From contig JBCCQY010000022.1 of NCBI GenBank assembly GCA_039208735.1, positions 13,546-77,545 on the forward strand: a stretch of 64,000 nucleotides of DNA. Direction: 5' to 3'. Below the pieces are notes generated by a model, which saw only the letters and a program-made list of their open reading frames with translations, did no database searches and was not told the DNA's origin. The translations under genes and the position numbers were made by a program. This DNA comes from Myxococcota bacterium (GTDB lineage Bacteria; Myxococcota_A; UBA796; GCA-2862545). This document shows positions 19,901 to 28,574 of this stretch, one piece after another (within the stretch, counting starts at the first letter, position 1; every line of letters begins with the position of its first letter).

Positions 19901-20548
19901 CCGGGTTCGATCCACGATCCGTTCAGCCTGCGTCAATCGCACATCCGCCGCACTGGCCCGGCCCATGCGCCGCTCGACATCGGCCAATGCGATGAGCAGT
20001 CCATCGCCATCGGAAGGGGCATCACGCGGGACGTGCCGCAAGGCGGTAAGCCACAGGTCCCTTGCGGTTTCGAGCGGACCAATTGCGGCATAGACCTCAG
20101 CCAGGCCCGTCGCAAAGCGCTTGACCTGCTCGGGCGCCGACCGTTCCAGTTCGCGAAGTCCGTCGCGAGCGTCGTCGGCGATGGTGCGAGCATCGTCTTC
20201 GTGGCCCGAACGCACGAGGGCCCGAGCAAGATCACCCGCCGCGACGACCACACGAACCCGGCCCTGCACGGGGGCGTGGTCCTGCCAATAGTCGAGCACC
20301 GAGCGGAACCACACCGCCGCAGTCGCCGAATCTTCGAGATCCACCAGGATTCGACCCAGATCCTGGATCCGAGCCAGTCGATCCACGATGGGGAGATCAC
20401 TGCCCTCGATCTCGGTGTACAACGCCGAAACCTGTTCACGTATGCCCTCGGTCTCGCCCCGCTGGACGGCCGTGGCGATGGATCGAATGCGCGAATGAAC
20501 GGACGGGTCGGGCATGCCGCCGTTTATGGGCTCGCGCTCGTTCGTCAA
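16934..20548 (-). CDS. TPR-CHAT (caspase-like peptidase)-TPR protein
   Basis: N-terminal helical repeats; CHAT motifs LIPTG..AVPFSAL, VATHA (His), DLSAC (Cys), AGAR, WGAF; multiple C-terminal TPRs. Confidence 0.82.
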   Translation of the reverse strand: MTNEREPINGGMPDPSVHSRIRSIATAVQRGETEGIREQVSALYTEIEGSDLPIVDRLARIQDLGRILVDLEDSATAAVWFRSVLDYWQDHAPVQGRVRVVVAAGDLARALVRSGHEDDARTIADDARDGLRELERSAPEQVKRFATGLAEVYAAIGPLETARDLWLTALRHVPRDAPSDGDGLLIALADVERRMGRASAADVRLTQAERIVDRTRAANHPLRAASLSARARLCEQVGQLDEAIDRLEAAVTLRGTPRTAHARREQAEDLERLAKWCTRQADFAGARRHLDAYGAMAAARHGRESAEMISAIEALAVTAAEAGDREAARAAFETAHSGALNRGDARSAARAALGVAWMAHAATGSDETGRAFLNAAEAVDGPLCEPPGLVRALTEAHLTAGDPGAAFTLLTTALAQVGVAERDVKAWSDALLTSAVDLAGTGVDVAAQAYEWLLRMAPEMPGPQMARQRAVLQRAPALVGLREAVDRAIELRGRAEVALRLADTPLDGASTATMSSRVLDHDLDRVAGVAPSRDMTAHGLAKRLGIGAWLLQTHRFRHLVAGVERDVAFAVAGNTGAVYLTSLGDAVEVDAWIRDFAPLEGEASAEAGRRLAGRLLAPLRSLAGLRPGDRLYLIPTGAWAAVPFSALPSPSGAGGPWVVHHELVTLFDVGSLGTAGAHAVGSPSGPRVVGAPTLEAANGEAPPMHFPHRPGLHAAAERAAAQLGVAAWTGDQANTEAILGAASPRVLVVATHAYRLPEGAEGVAEGLVGAGALVSLASPEPSERGLGWLSSEALSRADFSGTEVIDLSACALPEGDEVPVAVALAQAGRTAGARAIVVALGRVSDTGMVAFGQAFHQALSAGEPPAKAVRTAQIDLSTRLEPRAWGAFRCVGDGAMPEAASGHSPSVMIAPSDLAAAEVVAGRLYQHLGNPEQALQAFDRAIGNDRRLAEAHFQRGQCLERLTQYPDAVRAYREAATLEPADGAARYALSRLLLKGGQTASAIEELSELGRQFPGDGAVWRDLVHLYRQARKWPKAQQAAERWLAVARDDDMAWHHYASILEAVGEPQKALVARERTVKLKPDDASHWSNLGVHHARRGRFEQAEWSLRRATELDPGHAASWRNLAQVRLELNRAADAEPAARSAIDREPEHPAGHFLLGATLRAMDRIAEARPVLQRSADLGHPGAASMLATLDPPDSPDNLA

Positions 20549-21723
20549 TGGTCCGGCCCGACGTAGCGCGCCCGGGGCCTCAGGATCCCAGGCGTCGTGC
20601 GCTGTTCAAGGACGTGGGCCAACCACCCGGCCACTCGGCCGACCGCAAACACCGTCACCGCAAAGGCCGGAGGCGCTCCTAAGGCATTCGCCAACGCGAG
20701 CAGTGCCATGTCCAGGGCCGGAGGCGGAGCCCCAAGACGCTTGGCCACTTCCATATGGGCCCACGTGGCGTCAAGCTGCGGCCCCGATCGACCCACGATC
20801 CAACCCAACAAGGCTTCCGCCCTTGGATCTCCGTCCGGGTAGAGCGGGTGTCCGTAGCCTCGCAGGCGCCCCTCGGCGATCTGAGCCTGCACCACGATGT
20901 CCGGCGCGTTTGAACCGATTTCGCCCACCCCCGCCGCCACGTCGAAGACCTGCAACCCGTGGCGCGGGCCAAGGAACGTTCCCAAGGCCGCGATCACGGC
21001 CGCCCCCAAGGAAGCGCCCGTGCTGGCGGCGATTCGAGCGGCGAACGTGCTGGCATTCAGCTCGTGATCCGCGCACAGGACCAAACCTCGCTGCACGAGC
21101 TCCGCATCCGCAGGGTCCAGGCCGTACATCTCGACCAACCGATCCGCAACCGGGCCCCGCGAAGAGGGTCGAAGGCCGACCACGTGGCCCAAGCTCGTCA
21201 CAAACCGATCGAGGAGCGCCTCTGGTTTGGTGACCGAGGACTCCGCCAGAGCCACCGCAAGCAGCCAAGCGGAAGGGGCATCCTTAGGCTCCGCACGCTC
21301 GAGGATCGACGTCCACCCCTCGTCCGCACCGTCGCACAGCGGAGCCGCGTGGGCGTGTTCAAAGCCCGTCCAAAGGCCTCGCGCCACCACTTCAAACGGG
21401 GTGTCACGCTCCGCGAGAGACCAGGCGGAACGGCCGCGGTAGCTTGGGCCGTCGCGATCGACCGCACTGATCGCGGTGGACAGCACGGGCGCACCCCAGT
21501 CCAAGGCGATCGATGCGGCAGCCGCATGGCCCTTGGCCGCGGCAGCCCGTCGCTTGAGCGCCCAGATGTCGGTCGCGAGGTAGCGCTTGCCTCGCCCGGG
21601 CCCGTCGACGGTTCGCACGAGCCCTCGCGTGACGTAGCTGTACAGCGTCGCCCGCTTCACCCCAAGGCAAGCCGCGGCCTCTGCACTCGTCATGGTCATG
21701 GGAAGGTCGATTGGTCGATCCAC
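20545..21723 (-). CDS. Citrate synthase-like protein with N-terminal HTH (excisionase/MerR-like)
   Basis: AEAAACLGVKRATLYSYVTRG HTH; DHELNASTF, GPRHG, GYGHPLY, RVAGWLAH. Start may instead be 21699. Confidence 0.85.
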   Translation of the reverse strand: MDRPIDLPMTMTSAEAAACLGVKRATLYSYVTRGLVRTVDGPGRGKRYLATDIWALKRRAAAAKGHAAAASIALDWGAPVLSTAISAVDRDGPSYRGRSAWSLAERDTPFEVVARGLWTGFEHAHAAPLCDGADEGWTSILERAEPKDAPSAWLLAVALAESSVTKPEALLDRFVTSLGHVVGLRPSSRGPVADRLVEMYGLDPADAELVQRGLVLCADHELNASTFAARIAASTGASLGAAVIAALGTFLGPRHGLQVFDVAAGVGEIGSNAPDIVVQAQIAEGRLRGYGHPLYPDGDPRAEALLGWIVGRSGPQLDATWAHMEVAKRLGAPPPALDMALLALANALGAPPAFAVTVFAVGRVAGWLAHVLEQRTTPGILRPRARYVGPDH

Positions 21724-21726
21724 GTC

Positions 21727-21740
21727 GCGTCACGTGACGC
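21727..21740. promoter_or_regulatory. Perfect 14-bp palindrome between the divergent citrate synthase genes
   Basis: GCGTCACGTGACGC in a ~40-bp divergent gap; tandem GTCGAT copies lie just upstream. Confidence 0.45.
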
Positions 21741-21764
21741 CTTCAGCAGAACACGGGAGGAGCC

Positions 21765-22820
21765 ATGGTCAATGGCGGATTGGAAGGCGTCGTGGTCGCG
21801 GAGACCACCACCTCGTACGTCGATGGGGCGAAGGGTGAGCTGTGGATTCGCGGCGTTCCCATCGAACGGGTCGCCGCCTCAGGGCGCTACGAAACCGCGG
21901 CCGCACTGATTCTTGAAATCCCAGAACCCGATCTCGGACCCGCCCGCGTCGCAGCCTTTGGCGCCACCGCCGAGGCGCCGATGTTGCCCGATGCGATGGC
22001 CACGCTCCGCGCCGCGGTGGCAACCCTCGACGACGAAGCGGACGAACCCACGTTGATGGCGACCGTGGCGGTGGCCGGGGCTCGATGGTGTCGTCATCAC
22101 GTTGGCGAAGCCCCGCTGCGCCCTGACCCGACGCTCGACCACGCCACAGACATCCTGCGCATGGCCACGGGCACCGCCGATGCGACAGGCGGCCGGGCGC
22201 TCAGCCGGTACCTTGCCACCGTCGTGGACCACGGCTTGAACGCGTCGACGTTTGCCGCCCGAGTGGTCGCGAGCACTGGATCGGACCGGACCTCAGCCGT
22301 TGTGGCCGCCCTAGGGGCCCTCAAAGGCCCGTTGCACGGAGGCGCGCCGGGACCCGTTCTCGACCTCCTCGAGGCCATCGGAACCCCCGAACGGGCCGAA
22401 GCAGTGTTGAACGCCGAGCTGCAGGCCGGCCGACGCCTCATGGGGTTTGGCCACCGAGTGTACCGGGTCCGGGATCCCCGAGCGGCCGTTCTGGAAGGGG
22501 CCATCTCCGAACTCGAAGGGTCCCGGTGGCATTCACCCCGCCTCGAACTGGCTCGCGCCGTCGAGCCAGCCGCGACGAGGCTGCTGGCCGCGCACAAGCC
22601 TGAGCGTCCGCTGCGGGCCAACGTCGAGTTCTACACCGCCGTGGTCCTCGATGCCCTCGGGTTCCCCCGGACGATGTTCACGCCTCTGTTCGCGATGGGA
22701 AGGACCGCAGGATGGCTCGCCCACATCACCGAGCAACGCGCCAACGGACGCCTCATCCGACCAAAGGCCACCTACGTCGGTCCACGACCCGGCGACCCAT
22801 CGATGGCATCGGCCACGTGA
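21765..22820 (+). CDS. Citrate synthase / methylcitrate synthase family protein
   Basis: GLEGVV, DHGLNASTF, GPLHGGA, MGFGHRVY..DPRA, NVEFY, RTAGWLAH, LIRP. Confidence 0.9.
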   Translation: MVNGGLEGVVVAETTTSYVDGAKGELWIRGVPIERVAASGRYETAAALILEIPEPDLGPARVAAFGATAEAPMLPDAMATLRAAVATLDDEADEPTLMATVAVAGARWCRHHVGEAPLRPDPTLDHATDILRMATGTADATGGRALSRYLATVVDHGLNASTFAARVVASTGSDRTSAVVAALGALKGPLHGGAPGPVLDLLEAIGTPERAEAVLNAELQAGRRLMGFGHRVYRVRDPRAAVLEGAISELEGSRWHSPRLELARAVEPAATRLLAAHKPERPLRANVEFYTAVVLDALGFPRTMFTPLFAMGRTAGWLAHITEQRANGRLIRPKATYVGPRPGDPSMASAT

Positions 22821-22830
22821 CGACGACCGG

Positions 22831-25800
22831 TCACCGGTCTCCACCTCCGACGAGGCACCGAAACGACTCGATCGAAAGCTCATCGTTGAAGGTTTGCCCC
22901 CAACAGGCTTCCACGCAGCCTCGCCACCTCGCGAGCGCGGTTTCAACATCTTCTTCGAGGAAGTGAACCCGCTCGCCGGGCGTCAAGCAGGGCTCAACAT
23001 CGGCGAGCAGCGCGCCCCGCAGTTCATCCACACTGGCCGGCCACACCGCCACCGCGCCGTCTTCGCTGGTCGTGAGCAACTCCGAACCATCGGCTGAAAA
23101 CGCGACCTGCGCCACCGGAGCCCCATCGCCCGACAGTCGCATCGCCTGCCCGCGCGGATTCCAAAGCTCCGCGGGACCGTTGCGACACGCCACGACGACC
23201 CGAGGCGACGTCGAAAGGAGCGATGCTTGGATGGCCGAGCAGTCCTCTTGGCTGGTTCGCAGCGGAGCATCGGGCGACTCGAGTCGCCACAGTCGCGCCA
23301 CCCGGTCGTCGGCCAGGGTGAGCAGGAACACGCCATTGGCGTTGAGCGACACGTTCCGAACCGTGCCCTGGTGCCCTTCGAGGATCAGCGCGAACTCTGG
23401 GTCGGCGACCGACCACACGCGCACCACCCGTTCGACGCCACCCGCCGCAACCTTGTCGTCGCCGGACATCGACACCGCTTCGACAGAACTCGTGAGGCCT
23501 TCGAACGTCTTGATCGGAAAATCCCCTAGGATCGTCCACACTTGAACCGAGCCATTCGATCCGCCAGTCACGATGCGGCTGCCATCGGGGTCGAAGCCGA
23601 AGGCCGTCACGCTTTCGCGACGCAAGCGCAGGCTGCGGACCTCCGACCCTCCATCGGCCTTGTACAAGCGCAGCACACCGTCTTCGCCAAGGGCTGCGAT
23701 GATGGACCCATCGGGGCTGTAGGCCACCTGCGCAACCGGACCATCGGCACGTCCAACCGTGCGGGGCCCGGTTTGGCCATCCAAGGGCCAGACCTTGGCC
23801 ACCCCTTGGTCAAGGGTGATGACCTGTGATCCCCCAGGCCGCACCCCGCCTTTGCCCAGCACGCCGTCGATCACCACGTCGGTAAGCGCGTCGGTGCTCC
23901 GGTCGTACACCCGGACCCCACCGTCTTGCAGCGTGGTGAAAATCCGCGAGTCGCCTGCATCGCCAAACCATGCCGACGCCAACGCGGCCTCAGGCTCCAC
24001 CATCTCGGGCACGAGGCGCTGGTCGAGGCTCCAAATGCGAGCCACGCCATCGGCCGTTCCGGTGATCATCTCACGGGCATCCGCACGGAAAACGATGTCG
24101 CGGACTTCGGTACGGCCCGATCCATAGACGGCCCGAATGTCGGGGTCGCCCGGACGCCATTGCCACACCTGACCGCCTTCCACCGCCACCATGATCACGC
24201 CGGAGGGCGCAAACACGGCAAGTCGCGGCAACGTGCTGTCGAGTTCGAGCACTTCGGGTCGGGAGGCTTCGAGGAACGACCAGGCCTTGACCGTACGGTC
24301 GCGACCCGTCGACACCACCCACTCGCTGGTCGCGTCGAACCGTGCCGAGAGCAGGCCGCCCTCATGTCGCCCCAGGATCTCGGAAACCGGGCCTTCCTCG
24401 GCCGACCAATCCCACACCCGTAAATCGTTGCCCGACCCCGTGAGCACCCGCATGCCATCGGGCGAGAAGTGGGCCGGCTGTACGAAGCCTCCGGGATGTT
24501 GAAGCACCACCGCCTCGGTGGGAGGGGGGCGGTCTCGCCCGGGTTGGAGTTCCCACACCCGCGCCGTGCCGTCCTGACCTGCCGTGAGGACGTGTCGGCC
24601 GTCCTCGCTCATCTCCACGCTGGACACCCAGCCCTGGTGGCCCTCCAACGCCCCTTCAAGCGTGCCATCCCTTCGCCACAACCGCACCGTGCCGTCGTGG
24701 GAAGAGGTGAGCACCCGCCGGCCTCGCGGCCCAATGTCGACCATCGTGAGGGGCCCACCGTGCCCCTGCAAGACGATGGGCTCAGCCGACCCGTCGAGCG
24801 TGAAAATCTTGGCCGTACGGTCGTGAGAAGCGCTGGCCAGCCACTTGCCATCCGGACTGATGTCGATGGAACGAACTGCGGCTTCATGCGCCTTGAGCTG
24901 GGTAATCGCGGCCGGTTCATCGACGTTCCACCACAAGACAGCGCCATCGGCACAGCCTGCGGCGAGCATCTGCCCATCGTCGGAAAGCGCAAGATCCAAG
25001 ATCTCAGCCCCGTGCCCCACCAAGGCGCGCTTCACCGCAGGCCGTTCGAGCGCTTCGACCACCGCATCGGGCCAACGGGGCTGCTGTTCGGGAGCGCGCA
25101 CGCCCGAAAGCAGGATGCGTGCTGCATGGGGAGCCACCTCCGCCGTGGCGATGCGAACCGCCTGCATGCGGCTGTCGTCGGCGAGCTGGCGCTGGTTGCG
25201 CACCACCCACACCCCGGCCACGACAAGGGCGACGACCGCGACCGCAACCAGCGCCACCACGCCCCGGGGAATCCGCCCGGACCGCGTCGGTAACGGGCGA
25301 CGACGTTGCAGCTCTTCGATGAACGACCGCGAATCCGCATCGAGCGACCGCAGGTACCGGACCTTGGTGTTGTCGTCCAGATCCTCACCCGCAAGGCGCA
25401 CCACCAGGGGCTCTTGCAGAGGGCCGTCCGCAAAGGGGTCCGCCTTTGCTTCGAGCAGCAGAAGTTCGTCGCGCCGTTCGAGGAACTCGCGAGCTTCCTC
25501 AAGCCAAAAGGCAAGGATGCGCCAGTCGGTGAGCAGCACATCATGCCGCAGGTCGAGGCTCTCGGTATCGCCCGAGGTCCCGATCATCTCGATGACACGG
25601 AAGGGTTCAAGGCCCGACGGCCGGCGGTTCTCGGTCGGCCCAGCCAGCTTTTCAAGCACGTGGCGGGCCTGTTCGGGCTTGAGATGGTCAGTGCCGTGGT
25701 ACACCTCGCCGCGGGGCCGCATGCAGCGCATGTCGTTGCCCACCCGTCCCGGACGCACGACGTGGATCATCATGTCGCGGGCTGCCTCAAGCTCCGGCTG

Positions 25801-27204
25801 CGACAGGCCGTCGAGGGATTGGTCCATCACCCGGGAAAACACGTTGCGAAGGCCTTCGTAAGGCTCCTCAAGCCCATCTGAAGGGCGGGCTTGGGTGGCC
25901 CGCAGCGGCTCGAGGTCGGACAACATCATCTTGGGCCGCATGGGGTCCCGAGTCACCGCATCTCGCCACAATGCTCGCAAGACCACCGCTACCTTGGGCA
26001 GTCGAACCGGCTCCTCCTCGGCCAGGCGAATGAGTTCTTCGACCAACGCATCATCGACGGTCGCTCCCAAAAGATGGACCGGATCTACGATGGCCGCTCG
26101 TAGGTCGTCGTCGCGGAGCGGTGGCAGGTGAAAGCGGGCCGTCGTGGGCAGATTGAGCTGACCTTCGAGCTGCGGCATCGTGCGAAAGCCGTTGAGCCGG
26201 TCGCTGCGCACCGTGGTCACAAGCCGCAGATTTGCGTTGCTGATGATCGACCGTGCAATCAGTTTGTCGAAGGGCTCAAAGCGTTCGGGGTTGAGGGGCT
26301 GTTGCGTAAAGCCATCGTCAAGTTGATCGAGGATGAGCAACAACCCGCGATGCCCGAGCTGTGGAAGATCCTCCTCGACGAACTTCACCAACGCTCGCTC
26401 GTCTTCGTGTAGGCGATGGGCGAGTTCGGCAGGTGGCAACTGGGCCGGATCGATCTCGAGCGCTTTGTGGAGCGCCAGCGCGAGGTCGTTGATGGGGTCG
26501 ACCCCAGGCCGCACCACGCAGTGACGCCACGACGGGCCGAAGGGCGCGCGATCGCCGACCTGTAAGGCTACGAGCAGCCCTGCTCGCACGAGCGAGGTCT
26601 TGCCCACCCCGCTCGCGCCCTCGACCTGCAGCCAACGCGCCCCATCGTCGATGCGTTGAAGGCATTGGCGAATCGCCTCATCGCGGCCCATAAACAAGGT
26701 TGCGCGAGCTTCGTTGAAAGCTCGCAACCCCGGAAAGGGTCCGCTTGCCATCACGCGTTGAACGGCCTCTGCATCGAGCGGCGTCGGCTGCACATACCGA
26801 TCGAGGGCGGCACTGAGCTGGGCGATGGCCGCGTTGCGATCTCTACCGTCGGGAAGCGTGGCTCCCGTCCACTGCTTCAGCGACGCATGCTCGTCGCCCA
26901 AGGTGCGGCCTCCGCTGAGGACGGGAAGCACCGAAAACGGCCGTCCATCCCGGTCCGCCCAGGCATGTTGGGCCAACGAAAGGCTCTGGTGCGTGCGAAG
27001 CCACTCGCTCGGGGTTCGGGGCGACGCGTAGAGCAGAAGCAACGGCGCGCGCAACCCGCGGTCGCCCACCGCCCTTAACCAAGCCCGTTCCGGCACGATC
27101 GACCCGTCGTCGACGATGACCTGATGCCCATCGGCCTGTAGATCTTGGGCGAGTCGTTGGGCCTCGTCGACGTCGACCCCGTGGTAATCCAAGAAGACGT
27201 CCAT
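22831..27204 (-). CDS. NLR-like protein: divergent TIR, nSTAND1-like NTPase, TM helix, WD40 repeats
   Basis: VFLDY..D...A..L...L...G TIR-like N-terminus; PFPGLRAF..LFMGR; Walker A GASGVGKTS; Walker B LLILDQLDD; TM VVALVAVAVVALVVAGVWVV; many GH...W[D/S] repeats. Confidence 0.87.
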   Translation of the reverse strand: MDVFLDYHGVDVDEAQRLAQDLQADGHQVIVDDGSIVPERAWLRAVGDRGLRAPLLLLYASPRTPSEWLRTHQSLSLAQHAWADRDGRPFSVLPVLSGGRTLGDEHASLKQWTGATLPDGRDRNAAIAQLSAALDRYVQPTPLDAEAVQRVMASGPFPGLRAFNEARATLFMGRDEAIRQCLQRIDDGARWLQVEGASGVGKTSLVRAGLLVALQVGDRAPFGPSWRHCVVRPGVDPINDLALALHKALEIDPAQLPPAELAHRLHEDERALVKFVEEDLPQLGHRGLLLILDQLDDGFTQQPLNPERFEPFDKLIARSIISNANLRLVTTVRSDRLNGFRTMPQLEGQLNLPTTARFHLPPLRDDDLRAAIVDPVHLLGATVDDALVEELIRLAEEEPVRLPKVAVVLRALWRDAVTRDPMRPKMMLSDLEPLRATQARPSDGLEEPYEGLRNVFSRVMDQSLDGLSQPELEAARDMMIHVVRPGRVGNDMRCMRPRGEVYHGTDHLKPEQARHVLEKLAGPTENRRPSGLEPFRVIEMIGTSGDTESLDLRHDVLLTDWRILAFWLEEAREFLERRDELLLLEAKADPFADGPLQEPLVVRLAGEDLDDNTKVRYLRSLDADSRSFIEELQRRRPLPTRSGRIPRGVVALVAVAVVALVVAGVWVVRNQRQLADDSRMQAVRIATAEVAPHAARILLSGVRAPEQQPRWPDAVVEALERPAVKRALVGHGAEILDLALSDDGQMLAAGCADGAVLWWNVDEPAAITQLKAHEAAVRSIDISPDGKWLASASHDRTAKIFTLDGSAEPIVLQGHGGPLTMVDIGPRGRRVLTSSHDGTVRLWRRDGTLEGALEGHQGWVSSVEMSEDGRHVLTAGQDGTARVWELQPGRDRPPPTEAVVLQHPGGFVQPAHFSPDGMRVLTGSGNDLRVWDWSAEEGPVSEILGRHEGGLLSARFDATSEWVVSTGRDRTVKAWSFLEASRPEVLELDSTLPRLAVFAPSGVIMVAVEGGQVWQWRPGDPDIRAVYGSGRTEVRDIVFRADAREMITGTADGVARIWSLDQRLVPEMVEPEAALASAWFGDAGDSRIFTTLQDGGVRVYDRSTDALTDVVIDGVLGKGGVRPGGSQVITLDQGVAKVWPLDGQTGPRTVGRADGPVAQVAYSPDGSIIAALGEDGVLRLYKADGGSEVRSLRLRRESVTAFGFDPDGSRIVTGGSNGSVQVWTILGDFPIKTFEGLTSSVEAVSMSGDDKVAAGGVERVVRVWSVADPEFALILEGHQGTVRNVSLNANGVFLLTLADDRVARLWRLESPDAPLRTSQEDCSAIQASLLSTSPRVVVACRNGPAELWNPRGQAMRLSGDGAPVAQVAFSADGSELLTTSEDGAVAVWPASVDELRGALLADVEPCLTPGERVHFLEEDVETALARWRGCVEACWGQTFNDELSIESFRCLVGGGDR

Positions 27205-27362
27205 CGCTCCTCCGGCGCAGTCCGTTTAAAGCGCGTGGCAGCCTCTGCCCACAGCCGGTTCCCGACCGTCCTGAACGTGGTCAAGCGGCGTGGCCCGTGA
27301 CGCGACGGTGCAACACGGATACCGCCGACAAGGCGCCGTTTCCGGCGTCGTGGAGCCCATCC

Positions 27363-28532
27363 ATGAAGCTCGCCGACACGGCGCGTCAGGTCCTCGCGCC
27401 GACGTATCGCCAGCCCGACCCCATCCTCACGCGTGGCGAAGGGTGCTGGGTGTGGGACGAAGACGACAACGCCTACCTCGACATGACCACGGGCATCGCA
27501 GTCACCTCCCTCGGCCATGGTGCCCCCGTGGTCCGGGAAGCCCTGATCGAGGCCGCTAATGGCCTCACCCACACCTCGAACCTCTACTTCACGCGACCCG
27601 CCATCGAACTGGCCACGGCCCTCGTCGAGCACTCGTTTGCCGACCGGGTGTTCTTCTGCAATTCCGGCACGGAGTCGGTCGAAGGAGCCATCAAGTTCGC
27701 ACGCTTGGCGGCCGGGGATCGGCGCGACATTGTCTATTTCGACGGGGCGTTCCACGGGCGAACGTTTGGCGCATTGGCGGCCACCGACCGAGAAGCCTCC
27801 CGACGGCCCTTCGAGCCCCTTCCGGGCGGGTTCCGCCGGGCTCCATTCGATGACGACATCGCCCTGACCATGATCGACGAATCCGTGGCGGCCGTCATGG
27901 TCGAACCGTTGCAGGGCGAAGGTGGGGTGCGGGTGCCCCGGCCGGAGTGGCTGCGTGCGCTACGGACTCGCTGCGACGAGGTCGGTGCCTTGCTCATCGC
28001 CGATGAGATCCAGTGCGGGCTTAGCCGAACGGGTCGGTTGTGGGCCCACGAGCATGCCGACATCCAGCCCGACATCATGACGCTGGCCAAACCCTTGGCG
28101 GGGGGGCTGCCCATGGGCGCCATCCTGTTGGGGCCACGGGTGGTCGATGCCATCTCGCCCGGCGTGCATGGGTCGACGTTCGGGGGCGGCCCCCTCGTCG
28201 CGAAGGTCGCGCTGGCCGTGTTTCATGCCCTGCGCGACCCCGAGCTGTTGGCCGGCGTGCAGCCCCGCGCGGATCTGTTGCGCAAAGCCTTGCTCGAAGC
28301 ATTAGGCAATGACCTCATCGAGGTTCGTGGGGTGGGCCTCCTGATGGGAGTAGCGTTGCGCCTCGACCATCCCGGGAGGGCCATGGCGCGGGCCGCGTTC
28401 GAAGAGGGCTTGCTGTTGGCCGCCGCGTCGGGCAACGTTTTGCGAATCCTCCCCCCTCTCAATGCCCCCGAAGCGGACCTTCTCGAAGCAGTCGATCGAC
28501 TCGCCCGAACGGTCCGCCGGCTCAAGGGCTGA
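27363..28532 (+). CDS. argD: Acetylornithine/succinylornithine aminotransferase (class III PLP)
   Basis: HTSNLY, FFCNSGTES, FHGRT.GAL, EPLQGEGG, DEIQCGLSRTG, AKPLAGG, HGSTFGG. Confidence 0.85.
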   Translation: MKLADTARQVLAPTYRQPDPILTRGEGCWVWDEDDNAYLDMTTGIAVTSLGHGAPVVREALIEAANGLTHTSNLYFTRPAIELATALVEHSFADRVFFCNSGTESVEGAIKFARLAAGDRRDIVYFDGAFHGRTFGALAATDREASRRPFEPLPGGFRRAPFDDDIALTMIDESVAAVMVEPLQGEGGVRVPRPEWLRALRTRCDEVGALLIADEIQCGLSRTGRLWAHEHADIQPDIMTLAKPLAGGLPMGAILLGPRVVDAISPGVHGSTFGGGPLVAKVALAVFHALRDPELLAGVQPRADLLRKALLEALGNDLIEVRGVGLLMGVALRLDHPGRAMARAAFEEGLLLAAASGNVLRILPPLNAPEADLLEAVDRLARTVRRLKG

Positions 28533-28574
28533 TGCGCTGGTTACAGCGGTCAGCCGAGTTCGAAGGAGACTCCC

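Noticed and set aside
18293..20566. Long plus-strand ORFs opposite real genes (also 35719-37911 and 44988-46904)
   Set aside because: These are antisense shadows typical of high-GC DNA. They have no motifs, while the opposite strand carries recognisable families.
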